The position numbers and the translations under genes are program-made. DNA of 34,572 nucleotides, taken from the IMG/VR virus record IMGVR_UViG_3300045988_171512; one strand, given 5' to 3'. Each line of letters opens with the position of its first letter. The first letter of the stretch is position 1. Origin of the DNA: a virus. Shown here piece by piece: positions 8,339 to 17,805 of this stretch. A model generated the notes under the pieces. It searched no databases, was not told the origin of the DNA, and saw only the letters and a list, made by a program, of their open reading frames with translations.

Positions 8339-9036
8339 TATAACCACCTACTTTTTGGATCAATTATTATTCTTGTTAATGTTCCAGTCCAAGTAATTGT
8401 ATTTTCGCCACTTTTTAAAAGTGGAAATTCGCCTAACATTTGTCTATTTTTTAATACACCATTTAAATAAGCATCTTCCTTTTCACTATCAATAACTACT
8501 TGTCCATCTGTATCAAAATTATATTTAAAAATTTCTACTGTATTTAAGTAAAAATGTAACTCACCACTACCATATAAAGTAATTATAGGTTTAGATACCT
8601 CTAAGCCTACATTTGTCACTTTTACTTCATTTTGATTAGTTATAGTTACATCTACTTTAGATTCATTTAATTTATATTTATATGGTTGAACTATAAAATT
8701 AACATCAGCCTTTCTAAATCTTATCAATCTATTAAAATCAATAGAATCAACTATTTTTGCTTTATAATACTTATCAGATTCATTACTAAATGTTACATTT
8801 CCTTCACCATTGAAATATTCAATTATTTTATCTATATCAAAATTTCTTGTTAAACCTATATTCAATTTTTTAGAATATGATTCATATCCTAAGTCTTCTA
8901 ATAAAGAACCATCAACACCATCTATAACAGTTTCTTTTACTCTCATTTTAGGCTTAGTAATAGGTGGTAATTCACTAATTAATAGACCAGATATAGTATT
9001 GCTACTAATACCCTTAAAAGTTATACTATTACTCAT
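8338..9036 (-). CDS. Distal tail protein (Dit-like), 232 aa
   Basis: GNVTFSNESDKYYKAKIVDSIDFNRLIRFRKADVNFIVQPYKY... and tail operon position. Confidence 0.8.
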   Translation of the reverse strand: MSNSITFKGISSNTISGLLISELPPITKPKMRVKETVIDGVDGSLLEDLGYESYSKKLNIGLTRNFDIDKIIEYFNGEGNVTFSNESDKYYKAKIVDSIDFNRLIRFRKADVNFIVQPYKYKLNESKVDVTITNQNEVKVTNVGLEVSKPIITLYGSGELHFYLNTVEIFKYNFDTDGQVVIDSEKEDAYLNGVLKNRQMLGEFPLLKSGENTITWTGTLTRIIIDPKSRWL

Positions 9037-11264
9037 GAATATACCACCTCTTCCACAGCATTTGTAACAAATGTCCCCATTTCTTTTTCATCCATTATAA
9101 CTTTGACATCTTTTAAAGCAGTTTTAAAGGCAATTACCATATTATCAAATGAACCTGAATTTGCAACATTTTGATAACTATTGTTACCAATTTTTGAATT
9201 TATTGTTGTATCAAATTTTGTAGGAATTGCATCTGCCATCTCTTGTTGAACATCAGTCATTGTATCAGTAAACCCTTCGCCAATACCAAGTGCTAAGTTT
9301 GTTCCTATCTCATCTTTAAATAATTTAGATGGCGAATGAATACCAAACAGATTTTTAATAAATTTAGTAACATTCCCTACCCATCCTTTTATTTTATTTT
9401 TGATCCAGCCCAGGCTTCCAGATATACCTTCCCATATGCCTGCCACAAGATTTAAGCCTGCATTTTTTATTGTCTGATAGCCACTAGAAATCCCTTTAAC
9501 TACAGTATGTATAATCTCAGGAACCCTACTATATAATGTTCCTAAAGATCCAATTATACCAACAATCAATTTACCTATCAATTGTCCTCCTGCCTCTACT
9601 ATTTTAGGAAAATTTCTAATAAAAGCATCAAATAGTTTTTCAATTATTTCTGGTACTTTGTCAATTAATCTGGGTAGTGCCTCTATAAGTCCATCAGCAA
9701 GTCCTAAAATTAACTGGATACCTGCATCTATAATCAAATCTATATTGTCAATTAAAGTTTCTACTATTAAAACTACTGCATCCACAAGTGCAGGTATTAA
9801 TGTAGGCAAACTTTCTCCTATTCCTTGAACTAATGCTAATATTATTTGAACACCAGAATTAATAATAATCGGTAAACTTTCGATGATATATTGTAAAATA
9901 TTCCCAAATAAATCACTTATTACAGGCATTAATGCAGGAATATTTTCTGTAATTCCATAAACCAACGACATTATTATTTCTGATGCAGCATCTAATAAAT
10001 ATGGCAAATGCTCCATTAATTTATCTACAATATTTGGAATAACATCAGCAAAACTTGATACTATATTTTGAATTACTGGTAAAACATTCCCAAATACACC
10101 CAAATTAGTCTCTGTTCCATCACCAAATATCGTGGTCATAAGATTTTCAATTAGCGAACCCATATTTTTACCACCATTTGCAAGATCTGTTAAGAGATTT
10201 TGCCAAGCACTTTTCATCGAGTTTATTGATCCTTCTATAGTGGTTCCTGCTTCTTTTGCAGTTGTTCCTGTTATTCCCATTTCCTCTTGCATTACATGTA
10301 TTGCTTGTGTTATGTCAGCAAAACTTGAAATATCATATTTTATACCACTTATTTTTTCAGCATCTGCTAACAACCTTTCCATTTCTGATTTTGTTCCACC
10401 ATAACCTAATTTCAAGTTATCTAACATTGTATAGTTTTGTTTTGCGAACCCTTGATAAGCATTTTGTATCATAGACATATCTGTCCCCATTTTATTGGCA
10501 TTATCAGACATATCAGTAATTGCCATATCTGCAACCTCCGCACTTTTGGCAGTATCATTATTTAAACTCTGTAATAAACTCGCCGAAAAAGATGTTACCG
10601 TCTCCATGTAATCATTTGCGGATAAACCAGCATTTTTGTATGCATTATTGGCATAGTCCTCAACAATATTTGCACTATCTTTAAATAGTGTCTCTACACC
10701 ACCTACTAACTGTTCATAATTAGCATAACTATCTAATGCTTGTTTACCAACATCTAAAAAAGCTTTTCCAATTTCTAATGTTGCACTACCGATTTTTTTT
10801 AATCCTCCAACAATTACATCACCCAAAACATTTGCTTTAAGTACATCGCTAAATTTTAATGCTCCATCTCCCGCATCTTCAAAACCTTTTTTCATTTCTT
10901 TGAGTTCTTTATTGCTTTTATCGGTGGCATCTTCCATTTGCTTTAATTGATTTTCTGCATTATTTAGTTGTGTTTTAAATAGTCTAACTGTTTCATTATT
11001 GCTACCATATTCTTTTTCCATTTTGCTAAGAGCTTCTTTTAACTCTTTGACTTTATCTTTTTGTGATTGTAATGTATTCTTCATAGAATCATAAGAAGTT
11101 TTGGCTTGCTTTATATTTTTGTCTCCATTTGAAAATTCGGTGTTTGTTAGTTTTAACTCACTTGAGACTAATTTTAAATTGCTAGTAATATCTCTTAAAG
11201 CCTTTTTGTATTCATCTTCACCATTAAGTTTGACTGTTCCTCCAAAAGAACTTCCTTTTGCCAT
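9033..11264 (-). CDS. Tail tape measure protein, 743 aa
   Basis: Coiled-coil N-terminus, phage minor tail motifs (LPTLIPALVDAVVLIVETL...GIHSPSKLFKDEIGTNLALGIGEGF). Confidence 0.93.
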   Translation of the reverse strand: MAKGSSFGGTVKLNGEDEYKKALRDITSNLKLVSSELKLTNTEFSNGDKNIKQAKTSYDSMKNTLQSQKDKVKELKEALSKMEKEYGSNNETVRLFKTQLNNAENQLKQMEDATDKSNKELKEMKKGFEDAGDGALKFSDVLKANVLGDVIVGGLKKIGSATLEIGKAFLDVGKQALDSYANYEQLVGGVETLFKDSANIVEDYANNAYKNAGLSANDYMETVTSFSASLLQSLNNDTAKSAEVADMAITDMSDNANKMGTDMSMIQNAYQGFAKQNYTMLDNLKLGYGGTKSEMERLLADAEKISGIKYDISSFADITQAIHVMQEEMGITGTTAKEAGTTIEGSINSMKSAWQNLLTDLANGGKNMGSLIENLMTTIFGDGTETNLGVFGNVLPVIQNIVSSFADVIPNIVDKLMEHLPYLLDAASEIIMSLVYGITENIPALMPVISDLFGNILQYIIESLPIIINSGVQIILALVQGIGESLPTLIPALVDAVVLIVETLIDNIDLIIDAGIQLILGLADGLIEALPRLIDKVPEIIEKLFDAFIRNFPKIVEAGGQLIGKLIVGIIGSLGTLYSRVPEIIHTVVKGISSGYQTIKNAGLNLVAGIWEGISGSLGWIKNKIKGWVGNVTKFIKNLFGIHSPSKLFKDEIGTNLALGIGEGFTDTMTDVQQEMADAIPTKFDTTINSKIGNNSYQNVANSGSFDNMVIAFKTALKDVKVIMDEKEMGTFVTNAVEEVVYS

Positions 11265-11281
11265 TTGTTTTTACCTCCCTT

Positions 11282-11515
11282 CTAATCAGGTAAAAATTCA
11301 CCATCATGACTGTTTATTTCTTCCAATTCACGATAAGTTGTTTTACTTAATTTAAAATCGTAATGATTTTTATATTGTTTGTATAATTTAAAAAATTTAC
11401 AAAATGTCATTCTACCTATTTCTTTATCAGAGTAAAGTAGTAAGGTATGACCTACAAAATAAAACCACGAGAAATCTATCTCATCATCATAGTTCTCGTG
11501 GATTACATGTTTTTT
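11282..11515 (-). CDS. -1 frameshift extension of the tail assembly chaperone (gpGT-like), 75 extra residues HVIHENYDDEIDFSWFYFVGHTLLLYSDKEIGRMTFCKFFKLYKQYKNHYDFKLSKTTYRELEEINSHDGEFLPD
   Basis: Open -1 frame from slippery site 11509-11515 to TAG at 11282-11284, just upstream of the tape measure start. Confidence 0.85.
   Translation of the reverse strand, partial: KKHVIHENYDDEIDFSWFYFVGHTLLLYSDKEIGRMTFCKFFKLYKQYKNHYDFKLSKTTYRELEEINSHDGEFLPD
11465..11515 (-). promoter_or_regulatory. Programmed -1 ribosomal frameshift signal
   Basis: A_AAA_AAC at 11509-11515 in the zero frame, 7-nt spacer, then 9-bp stem CCACGAGAA/TTCTCGTGG (11493-11501 / 11465-11473). Confidence 0.88.
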
Positions 11516-11856
11516 TTGTTTTCACCAGTATTAGTTGAATTCTTAGCGGTTTCCATAACTTTTTTTAGTATTTCATCAAAACCAATTTCTGAAATTATTC
11601 TTCCTACTTGTTTTGAATTCAATAAAGGATTATTGTTTCCTTCTATTTCATTTTCAATTTCAATTCCTTCATTAATCATGATCATAAGACCATTTTTCAA
11701 ATCTTTTATATTTGGCTCTGATTTGTTGCTAGACACTTTTTCTCCCCAGGCAGATATAGAACCATATTGATCTTGTATTTCTTCCATAACATTCAAATTA
11801 AAACACAATGGATAAGTTCTATTTTCAGTTACGAAGTGAACCATTTTATCTTTCAT
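11503..11856 (-). CDS. Tail assembly chaperone, short form (gpG-like), 117 aa
   Basis: Position between major tail protein and tape measure protein; ends two codons after the slippery site. Confidence 0.85.
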   Translation of the reverse strand: MKDKMVHFVTENRTYPLCFNLNVMEEIQDQYGSISAWGEKVSSNKSEPNIKDLKNGLMIMINEGIEIENEIEGNNNPLLNSKQVGRIISEIGFDEILKKVMETAKNSTNTGENKKNM

Positions 11857-11870
11857 TTTATATTCCTCCT

Positions 11871-11911
11871 AAAAAAATAAAGGCAGAAAATTGATATTAA
11901 TCTTCTGCCTT
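11871..11911 (-). terminator. Rho-independent terminator between major tail genes and the chaperone gene
   Basis: AAGGCAGAA/TTCTGCCTT 9-bp stem followed by TATTTTTTT on the minus strand. Confidence 0.75.
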
Positions 11912-12064
11912 ATTTTGATTTTCTTTTTTGTTATTATCGATTACTTTAACATAATCTTTTATTTCTTTATATCTATCCTTAGATACAGTTAATTCTTTAT
12001 CAACTTTATACAATTCTTTAGTATCTTTATCTTTAAACATACTAATTACTTTTACATTAATCAT
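11897..12064 (-). CDS. Small ORF, 55 aa (MINVKVISMFKDKDTKELYKVDKELTVSKDRYKEIKDYVKVIDNNKKENQNKAED)
   Basis: Hand translation; GGAGGG SD; fills the gap in the late operon. Confidence 0.7.
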   Translation of the reverse strand: MINVKVISMFKDKDTKELYKVDKELTVSKDRYKEIKDYVKVIDNNKKENQNKAED

Positions 12065-12073
12065 TTTTCCCTC

Positions 12074-12658
12074 CTATGCTGATGGTGATAATAAACCATC
12101 TAAATAAGTAGTAGCAGCAGAAAGTGTATCAAATGTTTGATGTTTTTCCCAGTCTCCTTCTTTTAAACCATTAAAGGCTTTCTCAAGTCTCATTACTTTT
12201 CCCTCAAGTGAAGAAGTATTAAATTCAATACTTTGACCTTTTGTTTTATTATCACTAGTTATTTTTGTAAATCTTACTCTAGGAAAAAATTCAACTTTAT
12301 ATTTCTTTGAGCCATTATACATTTTAGGAACTATGTGACCATAACTTAATTCTGGTGCAATATCATTTTCATTTGATGTTACTTCACCCTCAGTAGTTAT
12401 AGTTTGACCAAATATTGTTGCAACGAATTTATCTTCATCATCTGCTATAGTAATGTTTAATGCTCCATCAATAAATGAATCATCATGTTCTGCTAAACCA
12501 TCATTTGCATATAATTCTGCATTCGCATAATTTGGACTAAATTTTTCGTCTATCACTTTTTCAAATACAGGTACACTATTACCAGTTAATGCTTTAAGTT
12601 TACCTGCTTCTTCATCATGTAAATTATATTTTGCTATCTTAAAACCGACTCTAGCCAT
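12074..12658 (-). CDS. Major tail protein (phi13-like family), 194 aa
   Basis: MARVGFKIAKYNLHDEEAG...ISYGHIVPK-type sequence and position. Confidence 0.85.
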   Translation of the reverse strand: MARVGFKIAKYNLHDEEAGKLKALTGNSVPVFEKVIDEKFSPNYANAELYANDGLAEHDDSFIDGALNITIADDEDKFVATIFGQTITTEGEVTSNENDIAPELSYGHIVPKMYNGSKKYKVEFFPRVRFTKITSDNKTKGQSIEFNTSSLEGKVMRLEKAFNGLKEGDWEKHQTFDTLSAATTYLDGLLSPSA

Positions 12659-13004
12659 TTTCTATCATCCTCTCTTTCTCAAATGAACAGGTTTTATGAT
12701 ATAGTCCAGTATCGTCATCTAACATCTCTGAACTATCACCACTCCAAACCCAGTCGTTTTCTTTCATCATTTGTTTTACTTTTTTTAGAATATTTAAATA
12801 ATTTTTATCACTATATATATCTATATCTAAAGGACATACACTACATAAATCATCATCATTAGCACAAAGTTCAGGAGTTTCATCTAGTAATTTCCAAGTT
12901 ATAAAAGTTTTTTTGCTTCCTTTATACTTTAAGTGTTCTACAGGTATTTTTACTTTATCAACAATTATTTCATTACCTAAAATTGATTTTACTTCTTCAT
13001 TCAT
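12651..13004 (-). CDS. Late-operon protein, possible tail terminator/completion protein, 117 aa
   Basis: Gene-order inference only. Confidence 0.5.
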   Translation of the reverse strand: MNEEVKSILGNEIIVDKVKIPVEHLKYKGSKKTFITWKLLDETPELCANDDDLCSVCPLDIDIYSDKNYLNILKKVKQMMKENDWVWSGDSSEMLDDDTGLYHKTCSFEKERMIENG

Positions 13005-13429
13005 TAGTTATCACCTATATATTTCTCTTGAACTTTTGTCATTGCCATTTCAATTTCTTTCTTTTTAAAAGACTTTCTCAAGAAGGGTTTTTTTTCTTCA
13101 GTTGGAGTTCCATATTCACGAGCCATCGCCTTTAATGGAATAGGTTTTCCTTTTGGATACTTTTTTGTTTTTATACCATCATATCCATAAAAGCCAACAT
13201 GTGTATTTATTCCACCATCTTTTGGTGTCTTATATACGCGTGTTATTTTCAAACCTTTTTCTAAAGATTTTGTTGTCTTAAAAGATTTTTTCATATTGCT
13301 AACAATATTCTTATAAGCAACATTAGCACCTTCTTGTGTCATTTCACCAATCATTTTTTCCGCATTCTCCTCTAAACCTTTAAATTGTTTAATAAGATTA
13401 TTCGGTAATTCTTCAACAAATCTTGCCAT
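13004..13429 (-). CDS. HK97 gp10-like putative tail component
   Basis: Size, order, and HVGFYGYDGIKTKKYPKGKPIPLKAMAREYGT...RPFLRKSF pattern. Confidence 0.8.
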   Translation of the reverse strand: MARFVEELPNNLIKQFKGLEENAEKMIGEMTQEGANVAYKNIVSNMKKSFKTTKSLEKGLKITRVYKTPKDGGINTHVGFYGYDGIKTKKYPKGKPIPLKAMAREYGTPTEEKKPFLRKSFKKKEIEMAMTKVQEKYIGDN

Positions 13430-13767
13430 TACTTGTTTACAACCTTTGCCTGAATTTCTAATTCGATATTTTCTTCATCTACATTATTCAAATACTCTAT
13501 TGAATACTTTTTATTGTTGTATATGATATTCATATCTCTTGTTATTTCAACTTTTGGATATCTAATCGTAAAATTGGTATAGGCTTTCTCAAAATCAGTA
13601 TTATTTGAAATAAGTTTATAACCTTTTGTAGTTTTAACCTTAGCGAAAGGCTCCAAAACAATTACTTCTTCGGGTATTTTGAATCCTGCATTGTCTTCTG
13701 AATCTTTTATACTAATGATTTTGATTTTTTTATTATATTCTCCTGGATTTTTAACAATTGAACTCAT
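13429..13767 (-). CDS. Phage head closure/head-tail joining protein
   Basis: Order and short beta-rich protein with NNKKYSIEYLNNVDEENIELEIQAKVV ending. Confidence 0.7.
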   Translation of the reverse strand: MSSIVKNPGEYNKKIKIISIKDSEDNAGFKIPEEVIVLEPFAKVKTTKGYKLISNNTDFEKAYTNFTIRYPKVEITRDMNIIYNNKKYSIEYLNNVDEENIELEIQAKVVNK

Positions 13768-14081
13768 AAAAGATTTCTCCTATGCATATTTAGAATTGTT
13801 TCTACAACTCTATTTACATTCTTACCATCAACATACATAGTTCTATTATCATACATATCTTGGCAAAGAATATATACAACGATAATAAAATCTGCATAAT
13901 CATCCAATGATTCACTATCTTTTTCTTTAGTTTCTATAGGTATTCCTGTATAATTAGATATAAAGTCTTTAGCGATATTTAAATATATATTTAACTCTTC
14001 TTGTAATAACTTATCATCAGTTACATCAACTCTGATATAGTTTGCAATATCTTGATAAGTTATATCACTAACTTTTTTCAT
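13764..14081 (-). CDS. Head-tail connector (gp6-like DNA packaging protein)
   Basis: ITYQDIANYIRVD...YLNIAKDFISNYTGI...DFIIVVYILCQDMYDNR pattern. Confidence 0.85.
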   Translation of the reverse strand: MKKVSDITYQDIANYIRVDVTDDKLLQEELNIYLNIAKDFISNYTGIPIETKEKDSESLDDYADFIIVVYILCQDMYDNRTMYVDGKNVNRVVETILNMHRRNLL

Positions 14082-14102
14082 ATTTTTCCCTCCTTTATGA
14101 GG

Positions 14103-14462
14103 TTATTTTTTATTTTTCTTATTATCAGTTGATGTATCATCTATTTTTTCATCTTCTGATAACTTTTTTTCTGCTTCTTCATCTGATACTAGTGTATCAT
14201 CTGTTTTTTCACTTTCTTTGTTAATAGTAGATAATTCCTCTATTTGCTCTTTTAGCATTTTATTTTCTTCAGTTAACTCATTTATAAGTGAATTAGCAGA
14301 TTCCAACTCATCTTTTAATATTTTTTCATCAGTTGGTGTATATTTTTTTATTAGTTTAGCCTTCATTAAGTCTTTGACTAGGGCATCATTAGGAATATCC
14401 CTAATTTCGCCCTTTGCCATAGAAATAATTCCGCTAAAACTTTCAATAGCTTCATATTTCAT
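14103..14462 (-). CDS. Head-region protein, 119 aa, acidic coiled-coil C-terminus
   Basis: Adjacent to major capsid gene; unknown family. Confidence 0.5.
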   Translation of the reverse strand: MKYEAIESFSGIISMAKGEIRDIPNDALVKDLMKAKLIKKYTPTDEKILKDELESANSLINELTEENKMLKEQIEELSTINKESEKTDDTLVSDEEAEKKLSEDEKIDDTSTDNKKNKK

Positions 14463-14479
14463 TATTAAGACCTCCTAAA

Positions 14480-15673
14480 TTAAGCTGCTGGTGCTGTAAC
14501 GACAGCAATTTTTTGCTTATCTTCTACTTTAGCATCTATTTCACCCCAAGCAACTATACCAATTGCATGTTGTGCTGCAAATAACTGATCTAGGATTTGA
14601 ATTTCTGTTTTTTCACTTTCTTTTACTGCTAGTCCACTAAAATCACCATAGAAAATAACATTAGCAGATGCTGTACCTAATTTAGAAACATTATCAGAAA
14701 CATAAACATCTTTTCCTAAAAGAGTATATCCATATTTAGATGAAAGATCTCTATTTAGTAAATAGTTATTATTACTATCTTTTAATTTTTTAATAGCAGT
14801 TCTTGTTGCTCTATTCATAACCCAAATAGAATCAGCTTGATAAGAATCAATTACTAAATCTTGAGTTTCAATTAACTCATCAGCAGTAATAGCAGATTTG
14901 CTTGCTAAAACCTTTTTCATGTTAGTAGAGTCGTAAGATCCTACAACACCGCTTACTTTAGATGTAGTTCCATTTAATAACTCACCTTCAATAAACTTAG
15001 CAATTTTCTTTGCCATTTTATTAATTACCCAATTTGTTAATTTGAAGTTACTATTTTTTAATAATGATCTACTGATCTTTGTTAATGCACCATATAAGAA
15101 TCCTGTTAACTCAATAGTACCAAACTTATTACTATGTGATGTTAAATCAGTAAACTCTGTAGCATAACCAACAGTAACACTATCAGTAGAAGTATCTTCT
15201 GTAGGTATATTTACTGTTCCTGGAATATCATAATGAGTAGCAAGTCTATAAACAGGTGAAATTTCTTCTACTTTTTCAATTATTTTATCAACAATTGTTT
15301 TAGGAATAACAGCACCATTATCAGTTTTAGTTAGATTACTTGCATCTGCCCTATTTGTTTTTAGAGTTTGACTTCTAATATACTCTGCAAAAGCATTATA
15401 ATCATTTCTTTCTTCTACTGAAGTATACATTCTTTTTTCAGCAGCAGTTAGTTCAGATTCATCCTCTGTCTTTTCTGACTTTTCTTCCATCTTTTCAATT
15501 TTATTTTCCCTTTCTAGAGTTGCATCTATTGAATTAATTTCTTTTTCAATTTCATCAAATCTTGCAACTTCTTCTTCTGACATTACGCGATTTTCTTTTT
15601 TTGAATTATTTAAAATATCTGTCATTTCTTGTCTTAAATCATTTCTTTTTTCTTCTAAACCTTTTTTATTCAT
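14480..15673 (-). CDS. Major capsid protein, HK97 fold, with N-terminal delta-like domain
   Basis: Coiled-coil N-terminus then NALTKTDNGAVIPKTIVDKIIEKVEEISPVYRLA...; gene order. Confidence 0.95.
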   Translation of the reverse strand: MNKKGLEEKRNDLRQEMTDILNNSKKENRVMSEEEVARFDEIEKEINSIDATLERENKIEKMEEKSEKTEDESELTAAEKRMYTSVEERNDYNAFAEYIRSQTLKTNRADASNLTKTDNGAVIPKTIVDKIIEKVEEISPVYRLATHYDIPGTVNIPTEDTSTDSVTVGYATEFTDLTSHSNKFGTIELTGFLYGALTKISRSLLKNSNFKLTNWVINKMAKKIAKFIEGELLNGTTSKVSGVVGSYDSTNMKKVLASKSAITADELIETQDLVIDSYQADSIWVMNRATRTAIKKLKDSNNNYLLNRDLSSKYGYTLLGKDVYVSDNVSKLGTASANVIFYGDFSGLAVKESEKTEIQILDQLFAAQHAIGIVAWGEIDAKVEDKQKIAVVTAPAA

Positions 15674-15711
15674 GTTTTATCTCCTCCTTCTTTTTTTCTT
15701 AACACAAATGT

Positions 15712-16512
15712 TTAGATTTTTTTTAATCTTCTTAATCTATCTTCATAAGAAGAATAATCAAAGGCTCTATTGCCTTCTTCTTCTGCGGCTGAATTTTCAG
15801 GTATTGTCTTTTTTTCATCAGCACCTTCTTTTAATTTCTCAAGAATGATATCTGCAATCATTTCTGCTACTAATTTTATTTTCTTTTCTTCCTTTTCAAT
15901 GTTGATTAATTCATGTTCTTTGGTAATTTCATCCCAGTTGTTATCTTCTTTTTTATCAACAGCCTTATGTTTTTTTCTTGCTTCTTCTTCGATTTCCGCA
16001 ATAGTAGATGCTCTATATTCAACGACCTTTTCATTTTCACTTCTTGCTTCTATGCTTGTACCATAATAAGCAGGCGACTTTGTATCATCTAATATAGATA
16101 CTTCTAACAAATCTAAACTAGTAACTGTTCTTGTTTCACTATTACCATCTTTACCTAACTCATCAGAATTAGCATAAAAGCCAAAACTCCAACCAACTAA
16201 TTTATTGTTTTTAGCCTTTTCTATTACATCTTTATCGGTAATAGTTACTTCTGCTCTAAGACCTATGTTATCTTCTTCGAGAATTGCAGTTCCATCTTTT
16301 GTTGTAGCCAATTCTCTATTTTCATCATGATTTAAAAGTACTTTTACATCATCGTTTCTCTGCAATGCACTTTTAAATACACCGGATCTAATTCTTTCAA
16401 TGAAAGTTCTTACTTTTCCATGTAAAGATTCCCTAATAGGCTTTGAGTATCTTTCAACCGCATTAACATATCCATTAATGACAACAGAATCTTCTCTAAT
16501 TTCTATGTGCAT
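15712..16512 (-). CDS. Prohead protease, HK97 family
   Basis: VKVLLNHDENRELATTKDGTAILEEDNIGL...VGWSFGF...LDLLEVSILD motifs. Confidence 0.95.
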   Translation of the reverse strand: MHIEIREDSVVINGYVNAVERYSKPIRESLHGKVRTFIERIRSGVFKSALQRNDDVKVLLNHDENRELATTKDGTAILEEDNIGLRAEVTITDKDVIEKAKNNKLVGWSFGFYANSDELGKDGNSETRTVTSLDLLEVSILDDTKSPAYYGTSIEARSENEKVVEYRASTIAEIEEEARKKHKAVDKKEDNNWDEITKEHELINIEKEEKKIKLVAEMIADIILEKLKEGADEKKTIPENSAAEEEGNRAFDYSSYEDRLRRLKKI

Positions 16513-17788
16513 TTATATCACCTCCTTCACCATTTATATTTGAATTAACATTTTTATCAGTATCAGGTGAATTATCAATATTTATATTTTTATCAACAGT
16601 TCCAGACTCGCCCATTTTAATTAACTTGTTCGTATTAGGAACATAAATCTCACCAGTTTCTGGATTTAATAAAACATCACCAAGTCCTAAATTAACCATA
16701 TCTAATCCTGGTAAAGCATCATCATCTTCCATATAACGAATCTCATTTCTTGTCTTAAATCCTGTTTCTATAGCGATTTTATAAGCCTCAAATCTTTCTT
16801 TCATTAATCCTTTTAACAATTCATTGAAATCAGGAGCAAAATAAAAAGATTCTTTCTCTTTTTCGAGTAAAAAATCTCTATTTAAGGCAGTGGTAAATGC
16901 AGTAGCAATAGGCATTATAGCACTCTTTATAAAATTGTTATAATCACTAGATATGTGAAATATATCTTTTATTTCACTGATAAAAGTTATATTTTTTTCA
17001 TTTAATTCATTTTCTTTAGAAGTATTACTTGCTTCATCAAACTCTAATCCATCGTTTAATACAACTGTATTAGCATTTCCTAAATAATAATCTTCCCAAG
17101 CCTTTTTTAATGCCTTTAATGATTTCTCATCGAGATGTTTTGGAGATTTTAGAAAACCTTTACGAGAGCCACCAGTAAGAATCAAATCATATTCATACAA
17201 TAATCTTTGACGAGCAGTTTTTATTGCTGTAGATATTTCATTAACCAAACCTCTTCCACTAGCACCATCTTTGGTATTTCTCAAAAGTTTGATAAAGTTA
17301 TAATCATCATATTCCTCGCCTTTTATTAATATCTTGTAAGACTTATATATTGGATCATAATTTTTATTAATTGTAACTTCTTTATCTTCTACATAAAACA
17401 AACCAGAAAATTGATTCTTTATTTTTTTAATGTATGCATAGCCACCCTTACCTAATAAGTAATCTTCACACATTGCCCTTTTCATTTGAAATCCATCAAG
17501 TTTATCTTTTGTATCATCGTTGATAATACGAACTCTAGGATCATCATAAACTTCTTCTGCTTTAAGTTTGTCTTTATTTTTAACGGTCTTATATAGTTTA
17601 AAAGGTATCATTGCAAATGTGTCACAAATCAAATTAACCGAACTACTTATTACTGGAATAGACAATGCAACATCTCTATCAACTACAGTATCTTTTAAAA
17701 TAACATTCAATAGTGGGTCTTCTAAAGATTCAGCAGTAGCTTCTGTTTCATCTCTTTTATTTTTTGAAAATAAATTAAAAATCTTCAT
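16496..17788 (-). CDS. Portal protein, HK97 family
   Basis: VISSSVNLICDTFAMIPFKLYK... and order. Confidence 0.95.
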   Translation of the reverse strand: MKIFNLFSKNKRDETEATAESLEDPLLNVILKDTVVDRDVALSIPVISSSVNLICDTFAMIPFKLYKTVKNKDKLKAEEVYDDPRVRIINDDTKDKLDGFQMKRAMCEDYLLGKGGYAYIKKIKNQFSGLFYVEDKEVTINKNYDPIYKSYKILIKGEEYDDYNFIKLLRNTKDGASGRGLVNEISTAIKTARQRLLYEYDLILTGGSRKGFLKSPKHLDEKSLKALKKAWEDYYLGNANTVVLNDGLEFDEASNTSKENELNEKNITFISEIKDIFHISSDYNNFIKSAIMPIATAFTTALNRDFLLEKEKESFYFAPDFNELLKGLMKERFEAYKIAIETGFKTRNEIRYMEDDDALPGLDMVNLGLGDVLLNPETGEIYVPNTNKLIKMGESGTVDKNINIDNSPDTDKNVNSNINGEGGDINAHRN

Positions 17789-17805
17789 TTACTATCACCT
17801 CCTTC

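Noticed and set aside
10132-11770. Plus-strand ORFs 10132-10404, 10256-10474, 11101-11355 and 11447-11770
   Set aside because: Antisense to the tape measure and chaperone genes; no SD or family support. The 11447-11770 ORF overlaps the frameshift site that is conserved in logic on the other strand.
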